Assembly: GCA_039815375.1 (NCBI GenBank)
Contig: JBCBZJ010000015.1
Coordinates: forward strand, 1-64,000
Length of the DNA stretch: 64,000 bases
Direction of reading: 5' to 3'
Source of the DNA: Verrucomicrobiota bacterium
GTDB taxonomy: Bacteria > Verrucomicrobiota > Verrucomicrobiia > Opitutales > Coraliomargaritaceae
Below, one piece after another: positions 55,081 to 64,000 of this stretch (the first letter of the stretch is position 1; each line of letters starts with the position of its first letter). The notes under the pieces are model-generated. The model did no database searches and was not told where the DNA came from. It saw only the letters and a program-made list of their open reading frames with translations. A program made the position numbers and the translations under genes.

Positions 55081-56484
55081 TCACTCTGATGGGAAGGCGC
55101 CAAACTGTTGATCGAGACGCTTCTTCATCAGGCCTCGAATTGAAGCGTATTCAGGATTTTCTGCCAGGTTGTAGTGCTCGCCTTCGTCGTTGCCATGGTT
55201 GTAGAGCTCAACGCCGTCTTTCCCGTTTTTGCCCCATTCAGTGTAGCGCCATTCGTAGCTCCGAACCGTGCGGCCGATCCTTCTGCCGCCATTCACCTGG
55301 GTAAAAGCAGCGTCTTTGTGTTTCGCTTCCGGATTCTGGAAAACGGGATTCAGACTTTTACCGGATAACTTATGCGGAGGCGCTAAACCTGCAAGGTCAG
55401 TCAAAGTGGGATAGAGGTCGATAAATTCCATGATAGAATCAGTCGATTTCCCCATGCCGTCTTTGTTGGGCACCCAGATTATCATAGGTGCACGTGCCCC
55501 GTCTTCAAAGAGCGTAACCTTGTTCCACCAGTCTTTCTCACCGAGATGATAGCCATGGTCTCCCATCAGAATAACGATAGTCGAATCCCAAAGCTCCAAG
55601 CGATCAAGTGTATCCATGATTTTTCCGACTTGTGCGTCTGCGAAGCTAACACCGGCATGGTAGGCACGTTTGAATTCAACGCGCTCCTTGTCCGTGAACA
55701 TTTTATCAAACGGGATATTAGGAAGCGCATATTTTACCAAGGGGCTCCGGTTCTCGGGCTCTTCGGGAAGGGTGGTGCTGCCCTCCGGATAATAGTCGAA
55801 ATATTTTTTGGGCGCGAAGAAGGGATCATGCGGCTTGTGTATTCCATAGCCGATGAAGAAGGGCTTGTCTTTGTTCTCTTCCAAAACCCGAACTGTCTCG
55901 GCGGCGATCTGCCCATCCGGTTGATCGATATCATCCCCTTCGGTTGCTTTCCAGCTGGCCCACGGGACTTTGCCACCGGTGAGGTTTCGTCCTTCGCCTT
56001 TGCGCCCCAGGCGGGTGGTGTTTCCCAGCGCATCGTAAAAATAGTCCCATGACTGCGGGTCTTCGAATAAGACGCGCTGGTCCGGATTATCGACACTTAA
56101 GTGGAATATCTTCCCCAGCCCAGCCGTGAAATATCCGTTCTCTCTAAAAAGCTGTGGTATTGTTACAAGATCAGGCTGTATCCTGCGAAATGGGATTGTG
56201 TTGCTGGTTATGCCGACTTCGTCCGGTCTAAGGCCCGACAAAAAGGATGATCTGCTTGGGTTGCAGACTGGATACTGGGAGTAGGCATTTTCGAAAAGCA
56301 TGCCCTTCTTTGCCAGACGATCGATATTGGGTGAATGCACTTCATCCACGCCATAGCAGCCGAGCTCTGTTCTCAGGTCGTCGATTACGATCATTAGAAC
56401 ATTTGGTTTGTCCGATGATGCCAGTGTGGATGCTGCCGAAAACAGGCTAATGCATAGCACGAGGAGGTAGTGCTTTATTCTCAT
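55081..56484 (-). CDS. Formylglycine-dependent sulfatase (iduronate-2-sulfatase-like)
   Basis: [28 protein letters not shown]. Confidence 0.92.
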   Translation of the reverse strand: MRIKHYLLVLCISLFSAASTLASSDKPNVLMIVIDDLRTELGCYGVDEVHSPNIDRLAKKGMLFENAYSQYPVCNPSRSSFLSGLRPDEVGITSNTIPFRRIQPDLVTIPQLFRENGYFTAGLGKIFHLSVDNPDQRVLFEDPQSWDYFYDALGNTTRLGRKGEGRNLTGGKVPWASWKATEGDDIDQPDGQIAAETVRVLEENKDKPFFIGYGIHKPHDPFFAPKKYFDYYPEGSTTLPEEPENRSPLVKYALPNIPFDKMFTDKERVEFKRAYHAGVSFADAQVGKIMDTLDRLELWDSTIVILMGDHGYHLGEKDWWNKVTLFEDGARAPMIIWVPNKDGMGKSTDSIMEFIDLYPTLTDLAGLAPPHKLSGKSLNPVFQNPEAKHKDAAFTQVNGGRRIGRTVRSYEWRYTEWGKNGKDGVELYNHGNDEGEHYNLAENPEYASIRGLMKKRLDQQFGAFPSE

Positions 56485-56563
56485 TTCTTCTTTTTTAACT
56501 AAATGCCTTTTGTATCTTACCGTGGAGTCTTAGACTTTATCGAGTGAATAAAGAGTTTTGCCG

Positions 56564-57925
56564 CTACATCTTTTTCTTCTTCTCTGATTTGACGTAATTC
56601 TGCGGAAGAGTGCTTCCCCAGGCTTTGAGCTTCGTGCTTAATTTGTCAAAGACAGCGGTCTTGGTCTCTGCTAAGTTCGTGCTTTCTGTAGGGTCTGTTT
56701 TTAGATTGTAGAGTTCAGCTTCGCTACCATTGCGATTGCGGGCATTAAGATGCAGTTTCCAGTCGCCGTCACGCATGACTATCGGAGAGTTTTTGCTGCT
56801 GAATTTCCAGAAAAGCGGAGCACCTCGTTCGCGACTTTCGCCAAGCCAGATGTCGGATATGTCCTGTCCATCAAGGTTGTCCGGAACTTTCTCGACACCA
56901 GCAATAGAACAGAGAGTGGGGAGCCAGTCGATGAAGGATGTGACGCTTTCGGTGTCGCGACGTCCAGCCGGCACTTTGCCCGGCCAACGGATAATGAAGG
57001 GAACACGAGTGCCGCCTTCGTAAAGGTTGTGCTTTGCACCACGAAAAATACCGGCATAGCCCAGCATATTATTGGAATATTGACGGTGACCCTTGCCGCT
57101 GAGAATCACAGGTGCAGGACCGTGATCGCTGGAGAAGACGACAATGGTGTCATCGCTAATTCCAAGCTCGTCGAGGGCTTTCAGCACTTCGCCGACATTG
57201 AGATCAACCGAGTAGACGTCTCCCAGATACTGGTGCATGGAGGCATCTATATCGCCGCCGATTTGCAGACACTCATCAAATTTCTTCTGCATAGTGTCCG
57301 AGAAGTCCGAGCGTTTCACTTTGACTTCGATAAACTTGCTGGCGAGTTCAGGGACGACGCTAACCGGAAAGTGAGTGCTATGGCCCCAGATATTTACATA
57401 AAAGGGTTGGTCCTTGTTTTCCTTAATAAACTCAATCGCGCCACGGAACAGTCCTGCGTCCCGTCCCATCGGGTCGGTCTTTGTCGAGCCAATTACCTCC
57501 ACCTGATCGATGCCATACATGCCATCGACTTCAGTCTCTTTCGGACCAATGTGCCACTTGCCGAAGTGCCCTGTTGCGTAGCCCCGCTGTTTGAGCAGGC
57601 TTGTAATCGTTTCAAGGTCCTGGAAACCAAAAGAAGCGGCATACTTTTTATTACGTGCCGGATAAATGCCGGTCATCAGGCCTGTGCGGCTCGGGTTACA
57701 GGTCACACCAGTCACGTAGTGTTGCATGAAGCTAGTGCCTTCTGCAGCGAGTCGATCAAGATGTGGTGTAACCGCATAAGGGTGCCCATAGGATGCAAGA
57801 TCCGCGTAGCCCAGGTCGTCCTGAAAAATGAAAACGATGTTTGGCGGACGCTCGGCCGATGCTTTGAGTGCGCAGGCGATTAGCACAAGGATGCAAAGAT
57901 GAATAATGTTAACGGAGGGTATCAT
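56564..57925 (-). CDS. Formylglycine-dependent sulfatase (arylsulfatase-like)
   Basis: DDLGY, CNPSR..LMTG, GKWH, SDHG, K..LYEGG.RVP. Confidence 0.92.
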   Translation of the reverse strand: MIPSVNIIHLCILVLIACALKASAERPPNIVFIFQDDLGYADLASYGHPYAVTPHLDRLAAEGTSFMQHYVTGVTCNPSRTGLMTGIYPARNKKYAASFGFQDLETITSLLKQRGYATGHFGKWHIGPKETEVDGMYGIDQVEVIGSTKTDPMGRDAGLFRGAIEFIKENKDQPFYVNIWGHSTHFPVSVVPELASKFIEVKVKRSDFSDTMQKKFDECLQIGGDIDASMHQYLGDVYSVDLNVGEVLKALDELGISDDTIVVFSSDHGPAPVILSGKGHRQYSNNMLGYAGIFRGAKHNLYEGGTRVPFIIRWPGKVPAGRRDTESVTSFIDWLPTLCSIAGVEKVPDNLDGQDISDIWLGESRERGAPLFWKFSSKNSPIVMRDGDWKLHLNARNRNGSEAELYNLKTDPTESTNLAETKTAVFDKLSTKLKAWGSTLPQNYVKSEKKKKM

Positions 57926-58113
57926 ATAGGGCTTATCGAAATTGTTGACTAGATAGTTAAGACTTCTAAACGGTCTATTTGTGCATTTTCAGATATAATT
58001 CTGCAACTGTAATGGTTGGTTCCGGCAACTTTTGCACTTAATTGAACAGTCGGAGGACTCGAGAGCTTGAGGGATTACTCTGCCATAGGCCGATGCATTA
58101 CAGCCTTTTCGCT

Positions 58114-58266
58114 TGCCAAGCCCTTCCGCGCTGGTATCCCTCTCCGCTTTCCCGCTCGGAAGGGGTGAGGAAAGAGTTAGAAGTATACAAAATAAACCAA
58201 CCACATCACAACTAAAAGAAACGTTCGTTTCTCCCCGGGCTGATTGCCTAGGGCTTTGAACATCAA
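58114..58266 (+). promoter_or_regulatory. Putative rpsB promoter and structured 5' leader
   Basis: TTGCCA at 58114, TGGTATCCC extended -10-like element, hairpins CTTTCC...GGAAAG and CCCGGGC...GCCTAGGG; rpsB leaders are known S2 autoregulatory sites. Confidence 0.35.
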
Positions 58267-59118
58267 ATGAATACAACACCAAAAGACCTCCTCGACGCAG
58301 GCGTTCACTTCGGTCACCAGCTTCGCCGCTGGAATCCAAAGTCCAGGCCCTACGTTTACGACAACCGTAACGGAATCTCCATTATTGATCTGGAGAAAAC
58401 ACATGCTCTCCTCGAAAAGGCCTGTGAAAAGATCGAGGAGCTCGTCTCTTCCGGTAAGGATGTGCTTTTCATTGGCACGAAAAAGCAAGCACAGGAAATC
58501 GTCCGCGAAGCGGCTACGGCTTGCCAAATGCCCTTCTGCGTGAATCGCTGGATGGGTGGAGGCCTTACCAATTTTGCCACGATCAAGACCTCGCTCACGA
58601 AATACCGCAAGTTCCTTAAAATGGACGAGGAGGGTGAGCTCGAGAAGCTTCCTGGTAAGGAAGAGGCTGCCATCCGCCGCCAAATGAGCCGGATGAACCG
58701 AAATTTTGAAGGTATTCTTGAAATCGAACAGCTCCCTGCAGCTGTTTTCGTGATCGATACCAAAAACGAAGAAATCGCTGTCGCTGAAGCCAACCGCCTC
58801 GGTATCCCTGTGATCGGCCTCGTTGATACAAATTCCGACCCGACAGTTCTCGACTACCCGGTCCCTGGTAACGACGACGCCGTTAAGTCGATCCGCATCA
58901 TCGTGGAGACCATTATGGAGGCAGTTCAGGAAGGTCTTGCCAAGCGTGAGGCGAAGAAGGTTCAAAAGACCGCTGGCCCAATCGTTCGTGAGCAAGTCTT
59001 CGAGCAACAGGAAGATGTCGAAGTGACTCTCCCTGCTGGCTATGGTGAGGACGAGGAGGAGAAGCCGGCTGCTGAAGAGCCCGCTGAAGCTGCTCCCGAA
59101 GCCACCGAAGAAAAGTAA
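58267..59118 (+). CDS. rpsB: 30S ribosomal protein S2
   Basis: AGVHFGH, WNPK, GTKKQA, RWMGG.LTNF, DTNSDP, PGNDDA. Confidence 0.98.
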   Translation: MNTTPKDLLDAGVHFGHQLRRWNPKSRPYVYDNRNGISIIDLEKTHALLEKACEKIEELVSSGKDVLFIGTKKQAQEIVREAATACQMPFCVNRWMGGGLTNFATIKTSLTKYRKFLKMDEEGELEKLPGKEEAAIRRQMSRMNRNFEGILEIEQLPAAVFVIDTKNEEIAVAEANRLGIPVIGLVDTNSDPTVLDYPVPGNDDAVKSIRIIVETIMEAVQEGLAKREAKKVQKTAGPIVREQVFEQQEDVEVTLPAGYGEDEEEKPAAEEPAEAAPEATEEK

Positions 59119-59138
59119 TTACCCAATTCAAACATACA

Positions 59139-59732
59139 ATGAGTGTTCAAATTAATGCTAAACAGGTAGGCGAGCTGCGCGAAAGCACAGGTGCCGGTCT
59201 GATGGACTGTAAAAAGGCGTTGGTCGAAGCTGAGGGCGATTTCGATCAAGCGGTCGAACTGCTTCGCAAGCGTGGTGTAGCCAAGGCTGCAAAGAAGGCT
59301 GGTCGCGAAGCCTCCGAAGGCCTTATCGATACCTACATCCACCTCGGTGGTAAGGTTGGCGTGCTGACGGAAATCAACTGTGAGTCTGATTTCGTTGCCA
59401 AGACCGACGACTTCAAGCAATTCGTTAAAGATATTTCCATGCACGTTGCGGCAGCTAGCCCGGTTTGCGTCTCTCGCGAAGACATCGACCCGGCACTACT
59501 CGAAGCCGAGCGCAAGGTTGCTGAAGGTCAGGCCGAAGGTAAGCCTCCGCAAGCAGTCGAAAAGATTGTTGAAGGTAAGCTCAACAAGTATCTCAGCGAG
59601 AACTGCCTCCTGGAGCAGGCTTACGTCAAGAATCCTGACCAAACCATCCAGGAAGTGCTGACCGAAAAGATCGCCAAGATGGGTGAAAATATGGTGATTA
59701 AGCGTTTCGCGCGCTTCCAGATCGGCGCATAA
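59139..59732 (+). CDS. tsf: Elongation factor Ts (short form)
   Basis: LRESTGAGLMDCKKAL, EINCESDFVAK, GKP..VEKIVEGK. Confidence 0.97.
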   Translation: MSVQINAKQVGELRESTGAGLMDCKKALVEAEGDFDQAVELLRKRGVAKAAKKAGREASEGLIDTYIHLGGKVGVLTEINCESDFVAKTDDFKQFVKDISMHVAAASPVCVSREDIDPALLEAERKVAEGQAEGKPPQAVEKIVEGKLNKYLSENCLLEQAYVKNPDQTIQEVLTEKIAKMGENMVIKRFARFQIGA

Positions 59733-59761
59733 GAATCTCCCTAGTTTTCTGTTTTGGAGAA

Positions 59762-59791
59762 GCCCGCTTTCGAAAGAGAGCGGGCATTTTT
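59762..59791 (+). terminator. Intrinsic terminator of rpsB-tsf
   Basis: GCCCGCTTTC-GAAA-GAGAGCGGGC-ATTTTT. Confidence 0.85.
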
Positions 59792-59794
59792 GTC

Positions 59795-60247
59795 TTAGGG
59801 GATATCGATATTGCTGATCGCGTCTCCCGCTTTCTCTGCAACCGATCCAATGATTTCGCTGAGAAATGCGGCTGCATCAATTGCGTCAAAACTCGTCATG
59901 CTATCAAGAATGTGCCCCAGCGTTCGTTTAACTCCGAATATAGCGAAGAGGGCAAAAAAGATCGAAAGCACGACAAAGATGCTTCCACCCAGAGGTTTGC
60001 CGTTCGTGAAACAAAGATAGCTCAAGTAGCCGGAGCCACAGCATAACGCCCAGGAGGCACCACGAACCGACCTCGGCATGATTTGGACTCTCAGATTTCT
60101 GAGTTCGTCCTCATTCAGAAGGTGACCCTCTCTTTTGGACGCTCGAATTCCTGCTGATTGGATGCGTTTCCTAAGTGTCTTGGTATTTCTCAAAGTAAAG
60201 TGGGTTGGAAAGAGAACTCGTAGCTGTTTGCTTGTATTCTCGGGCAA
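59795..60247 (-). CDS. Small membrane protein (start uncertain)
   Basis: Two hydrophobic segments in the C-terminal half; fills the gap between the tsf terminator and the trpS promoter region. Confidence 0.55.
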   Translation of the reverse strand: MPENTSKQLRVLFPTHFTLRNTKTLRKRIQSAGIRASKREGHLLNEDELRNLRVQIMPRSVRGASWALCCGSGYLSYLCFTNGKPLGGSIFVVLSIFFALFAIFGVKRTLGHILDSMTSFDAIDAAAFLSEIIGSVAEKAGDAISNIDIP

Positions 60248-60342
60248 ACAGATCGCAAGTTCATCTTAAAGTGCTTTTTCAGGGCTACCGATGAAGATAA
60301 GTATAAGTTGACAAGCCTGTCGCCGCCATCGTCAATCGCGTG

Positions 60343-61413
60343 ATGAGTGATGAAAAGCCTGTTATCTTAACCTGTGCCCAGCCGACAGGTGTATTGACCC
60401 TTGGTAACTACCTTGGTGCGGTAAAGAATTGGGCGACCATGCTGGATGACTACAACTGCTACTTCGGTGTGGTTGATTTACATGCTATCACGGTGAAATA
60501 TACCCCGGCCGAGCTGCGGAAGAACACGCTCTCCTGTGTGGCTCAATACATTGCTTGTGGTCTTGAACCAGAGCGCTCCAATATCTTTATTCAATCCCAT
60601 GTTATCGGGCATACTGAGCTGGCCTGGTTGTTGAGCTGTATCACGCCGATTGGCGAGCTCCAGCGGATGACTCAATTCAAGGAGAAAGCGGCCAAGCTGG
60701 GCTTTAAGGTCGCGGAAGAAGACGATTCGAATGAGCTTAAGTTCTCCCATGAGGGTGCACGTGCTCAGGCCTCGGTGAATTCCGGCCTGCTCATGTATCC
60801 CGTGTTAATGGCTGCAGATATTTTGCTCTACAACGCGGATGCCGTTCCGGTCGGCAACGACCAACGCCAGCACCTCGAGCTTTGCCGCGATCTGGCTCAG
60901 CGTTTCAACCACAACTACTCAGATACCTTTACCATTCCTGAGCCTTTTATTCCGAAGGCCGGTGCGCGCATCATGTCACTTCAGGATCCGATGCGCAAGA
61001 TGTCGAAAAGCGACGAAAATCATAACGCGACGCTTTTTATACTCGACGATCCAAAAGTGCTTCAAAAAAAGATCATGAGTGCGGTGACGGATTCCGGTAG
61101 CGAAATTAAAGCGACAGAGGATAAGCCTGGAGTTTCGAATTTGCTTCAGGTTTATTCGGCTTCCTCTGGCCGGGAAATTGCCGAGATTGAAGAGGCCCTC
61201 GCAGGCAAAGGCTACGGCGACTTGAAGAAGGAGGTGGCCGATGCGGTCATCGCCATGCTCGAGCCGGTGCAGGCCAAATACAAAGAGCTTATCGGGGACA
61301 AAGGCTATCTTGAGAGTGTTCTCAAAAACGGTGCCGGAGCGGCACAAAAGCGGGCCTACAAGGTCTTGGGCAAAGTATATCGTAAGGCTGGATTTGTGGA
61401 ACGTCCACGTTGA
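60343..61413 (+). CDS. trpS: Tryptophan--tRNA ligase
   Basis: QPTG.LTLGNYLGA, VDLHAIT, RMTQFK, YPVLMAADIL, VPVG.DQ.QHLE, KMSKS. Confidence 0.97.
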   Translation: MSDEKPVILTCAQPTGVLTLGNYLGAVKNWATMLDDYNCYFGVVDLHAITVKYTPAELRKNTLSCVAQYIACGLEPERSNIFIQSHVIGHTELAWLLSCITPIGELQRMTQFKEKAAKLGFKVAEEDDSNELKFSHEGARAQASVNSGLLMYPVLMAADILLYNADAVPVGNDQRQHLELCRDLAQRFNHNYSDTFTIPEPFIPKAGARIMSLQDPMRKMSKSDENHNATLFILDDPKVLQKKIMSAVTDSGSEIKATEDKPGVSNLLQVYSASSGREIAEIEEALAGKGYGDLKKEVADAVIAMLEPVQAKYKELIGDKGYLESVLKNGAGAAQKRAYKVLGKVYRKAGFVERPR

Positions 61414-61489
61414 CCGCTTTAGAAAAGAAGGTTGATCGGTCGGTCGTAGTCCATTTTACTCTGTTCTCGAAAAAGCGACTAGCCCCTGA

Positions 61490-62782
61490 ATGCATCCAGA
61501 CGACGATTCGCAGACGACACTTTCCAAATGGCCCTTTATTTTGGGGGACATTTTGCTCGTCACTACTGCGCTCGCCATTGCGATCCTCGGTGAGTGGCAA
61601 CTGACAGAGTGGCAGATCGCATCCTGCGTCATTGCGGTTGCACTTGGTGCCGCTCTATTTGTTTTGCCTTACATTGTAGAGTATCAGGTTCGTGTTCGGG
61701 AGGAGCAGGAAGATCGCGCTGGAGATCTTCGTGTTTTAGAGCGGCACGTTCTTTCCGCCGAGCAGGCGATTGATGGGATAGACGCCCGCATACGTGCACT
61801 CGAGGCAGCAGCTGCATCTGCTGCATCCGCTGGGGAGCCAAATTTTGTTTTGGCTGATGTATTTGGCCAAAAGCTTGAACAGCTTGCGAAAGAGCGTGCC
61901 GCTCAGGACAATGTTATTGGGGCACTTGAAAAGGAGATCGAAGCTCTGCCCAATAAGATCCCGGTTGCCTTCGATCCTGCCATCCTGGAGCCTCTGCAAG
62001 AGCGGCTGACAGCCTTGGAGAAGCGCCCAGTTGCTTCGTTGCCTAAAGAGATTCCGGTTCCGGTAAAAACTGCCGATCTAAAAGCTGAGGATTCACCGGG
62101 ACCTCCAGCTAGGAAAAAGGTGCTGGCAAAGCCTAAAAAAACCGTCTCTCAAATCGAGCGACCGAAACGCTCAACTCGAGAGAGACATAAGCCCGAGGAA
62201 TCGCGACTTCTAAACCGTGCGATCAAAGAGAAACAGGATAGCTCATCAAGCGCGGTAAGCCGAATCATCGAATCCAGTCCGCAAGAGGAACTTGTTGAAA
62301 AGAAGAGTCCTCAAGCTCCGAAAAAGGAGGCGGTCGAGAGCTCCAAAGAGGAAGCCTCCCAGCCGGCTCCGGAGAAGAAGGAAACGCCCGCGAAAGTCGC
62401 GAAACCAGAGCCTAAAGAGGAAACTATCGATCTGAATGCTGAAGTTCCTGTCTTGGATTCCTCAGACATGCTTTTCGACGAGCCTGCTCTAACTTCGCCA
62501 GCTAGGAAAACCCGGGCCAAAAAGACCGACGCTGTGTTGACTGCGTCGGTTTTCATTGGAATCGGCAACAAGCCCTATCTTCGAGGCAATGGCGCAGGGC
62601 TCAATTGGGATAAAGGAGTCGCCATGGAATTTCAGGAAATTGGCAAATGGCGTTGGGTCGCTTCGCCTGATTTGGACGGAGAACTTGAGGTGCAGCTCTA
62701 TCGCAACGACGAGGATCCCGACAAATCAGGAAAGTACAAACTTAAGCCCGGGCAGAAACTCGAGGTCTCGCCTGTTTTCTGA
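61490..62782 (+). CDS. Membrane protein: 2 TM, coiled coil, low-complexity linker, C-terminal beta domain
   Basis: TM hairpin; C-terminal IGIGNKPYLRG.G.GL.WDKG motif resembling a CBM20-like fold. Confidence 0.7.
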   Translation: MHPDDDSQTTLSKWPFILGDILLVTTALAIAILGEWQLTEWQIASCVIAVALGAALFVLPYIVEYQVRVREEQEDRAGDLRVLERHVLSAEQAIDGIDARIRALEAAAASAASAGEPNFVLADVFGQKLEQLAKERAAQDNVIGALEKEIEALPNKIPVAFDPAILEPLQERLTALEKRPVASLPKEIPVPVKTADLKAEDSPGPPARKKVLAKPKKTVSQIERPKRSTRERHKPEESRLLNRAIKEKQDSSSSAVSRIIESSPQEELVEKKSPQAPKKEAVESSKEEASQPAPEKKETPAKVAKPEPKEETIDLNAEVPVLDSSDMLFDEPALTSPARKTRAKKTDAVLTASVFIGIGNKPYLRGNGAGLNWDKGVAMEFQEIGKWRWVASPDLDGELEVQLYRNDEDPDKSGKYKLKPGQKLEVSPVF

Positions 62783-62828
62783 TCCGGCACTTGCCTTTCC
62801 AGACTTAGATAAGTATCAAGGAGTCTGC

Positions 62829-64000
62829 ATGAGCAAGAAGGACAACTTGAAATTGCCTATTGATCCAGCGGATCTCTTAGCAGCCTTGCCCGACGCAATT
62901 GTGGTTCATGATATGGAGAATCGCGTTCTTTATTGGAGCCGTGCTGCAGAAAAACTCTATGGCTGGAGCGCTGAAGAAATCGAGGGCCGCCCAGTTGAGC
63001 CGATTTTCTACCTTGAACCGTCTGAGCGTCAGCTCGCTGTTGAGTTGCTTCGTGATACCGGCTTCTGGTCTGGCGAACTCCGGCAGTTCGACCGTGATGG
63101 TCATGAATACCTTATTGATGTTCGCCAACAGTTGTATCGTGATGAAGGCGGTGAGCCCGTCGCGGTCTTTTCCTTTAATCGTGATATAACCGAGCAGCGC
63201 AGGCAGGCGGATGCTGCTGAACGGGCGCATCATATCCAGTCTTCCAGTATTCTAGCTGGTGGCATTGCTCACGAGCTGAATAACGCGCTCGCGCCGATCA
63301 TGCTTTCTGCGGCGATGTTGGAACGCTCAATGGACGACGATAAAGCCAGAAGGATGCTCGCGATGATCGAGAAATGCGCATCTAAAGGAGCAGACTTGAT
63401 TTCTGATTTGCTGGCGTTTGAGCGAGGTAAATGGGGTGCCCGTAAGGTGATTAGTAAAGCTCAGATAAGCAAAGGGATTGAATGCGCCAGAGATTCTGTC
63501 GTGCCCGAATCGGTAGAATTGAATACTTCGCTTGCCGAAGACCTCTGGGAGTTTCAGGGAGAAGCCTCTGAATTGGGAGAAGCCTTTGAGCACGTTATGC
63601 AAAACGCTTGTGAGGCAATGCCGGATGGCGGCTATTTAAACATCGAGATTTCGAATTGCTTGTTCGATGAAAACTTCTCCAACCTTGCACCTGAAGCGAA
63701 AGTGGGTGCTTATGTGAGCATTGCTTTTAAAGATACCGGGTTCGGTATCGAAAAGAGCATAATAGACCGCGTGGCAGAGCCTCTCTTCACGACGAAGGAA
63801 CCAAAGCGGGACCATGGATTCGGGCTCTCCAAAACGCATGCTATCATTAAGGGGCATAATGGATTTATGGTTCTCGATAGCGAACGTGGTGACGGGACTA
63901 CGCTGACATTTTATCTGCCAGCCCACGCTAAGGCCGGAAAGTCAGACGTTGAGCAGTCTCAGGCGGCGGTGGAGGATTATACATCAGGTGCTGATCGGCT
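62829..64000 (+). CDS. PAS-domain sensor histidine kinase (runs off window end)
   Basis: Manual translation: MSKKD...LPDAIVVHDMENRVLYWSRAAEKLYGW (PAS), LAGGIAHELNN (H-box), NACEAMPDGG, DTG.G, FTTK, G.GL; absent from the ORF track because there is no stop in the window. Confidence 0.9.
   Translation, partial: MSKKDNLKLPIDPADLLAALPDAIVVHDMENRVLYWSRAAEKLYGWSAEEIEGRPVEPIFYLEPSERQLAVELLRDTGFWSGELRQFDRDGHEYLIDVRQQLYRDEGGEPVAVFSFNRDITEQRRQADAAERAHHIQSSSILAGGIAHELNNALAPIMLSAAMLERSMDDDKARRMLAMIEKCASKGADLISDLLAFERGKWGARKVISKAQISKGIECARDSVVPESVELNTSLAEDLWEFQGEASELGEAFEHVMQNACEAMPDGGYLNIEISNCLFDENFSNLAPEAKVGAYVSIAFKDTGFGIEKSIIDRVAEPLFTTKEPKRDHGFGLSKTHAIIKGHNGFMVLDSERGDGTTLTFYLPAHAKAGKSDVEQSQAAVEDYTSGADR

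Noticed and set aside
52645..58100. Integrative element at tRNA-Ala
   Set aside because: No integrase and no duplicated tRNA 3' end found within the window
59139..59732. Short EF-Ts, and no pyrH/frr after tsf
   Set aside because: Short EF-Ts forms and split operons are common outside Proteobacteria

Overview
Gene-dense bacterial chromosome segment, most likely from Verrucomicrobiota (Opitutae, Coraliomargarita/Puniceicoccaceae-like). This is inferred from gene content (PEP-CTERM, SHD1-like, XylR-type regulator, sulfatases, ECF-vWA pair), not from a search. It is mostly housekeeping: miaA, gmd-fcl, rnd, cysS, hemB, gcvH, speA, tilS-ftsH-aroE-pilD, htpG, ppdK, tatC, tlyA, rsmJ, dnaX, rpsB-tsf, trpS, tRNA-Tyr(GTA) and tRNA-Ala(GGC). 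Accessory genes include a vapBC pair, a triple-fasciclin protein, and a GH71/99-like hydrolase plus two sulfatases after tRNA-Ala. No CRISPR array, rRNA or intact transposase was seen. Most notable observations: (1) dnaX stops just after an A10 run enclosed in a hairpin, and the -1 frame continues for 123 codons to a tau-like C-terminus, suggesting recoding makes the LONG form; (2) a ~170-190 bp MITE-like repeat occurs three times, and one copy places a TTGCCT-N17-TAGATT promoter directly in front of tilS-ftsH; (3) an 81-bp insert between 7-bp direct repeats separates vapB from vapC and can form mutually exclusive pairings over the antitoxin stop and the toxin start; (4) there are decayed IS630 and integrase-core transposase fragments and a GTAG-type REP doublet. 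All product calls come from motif recognition by eye, without database searches.
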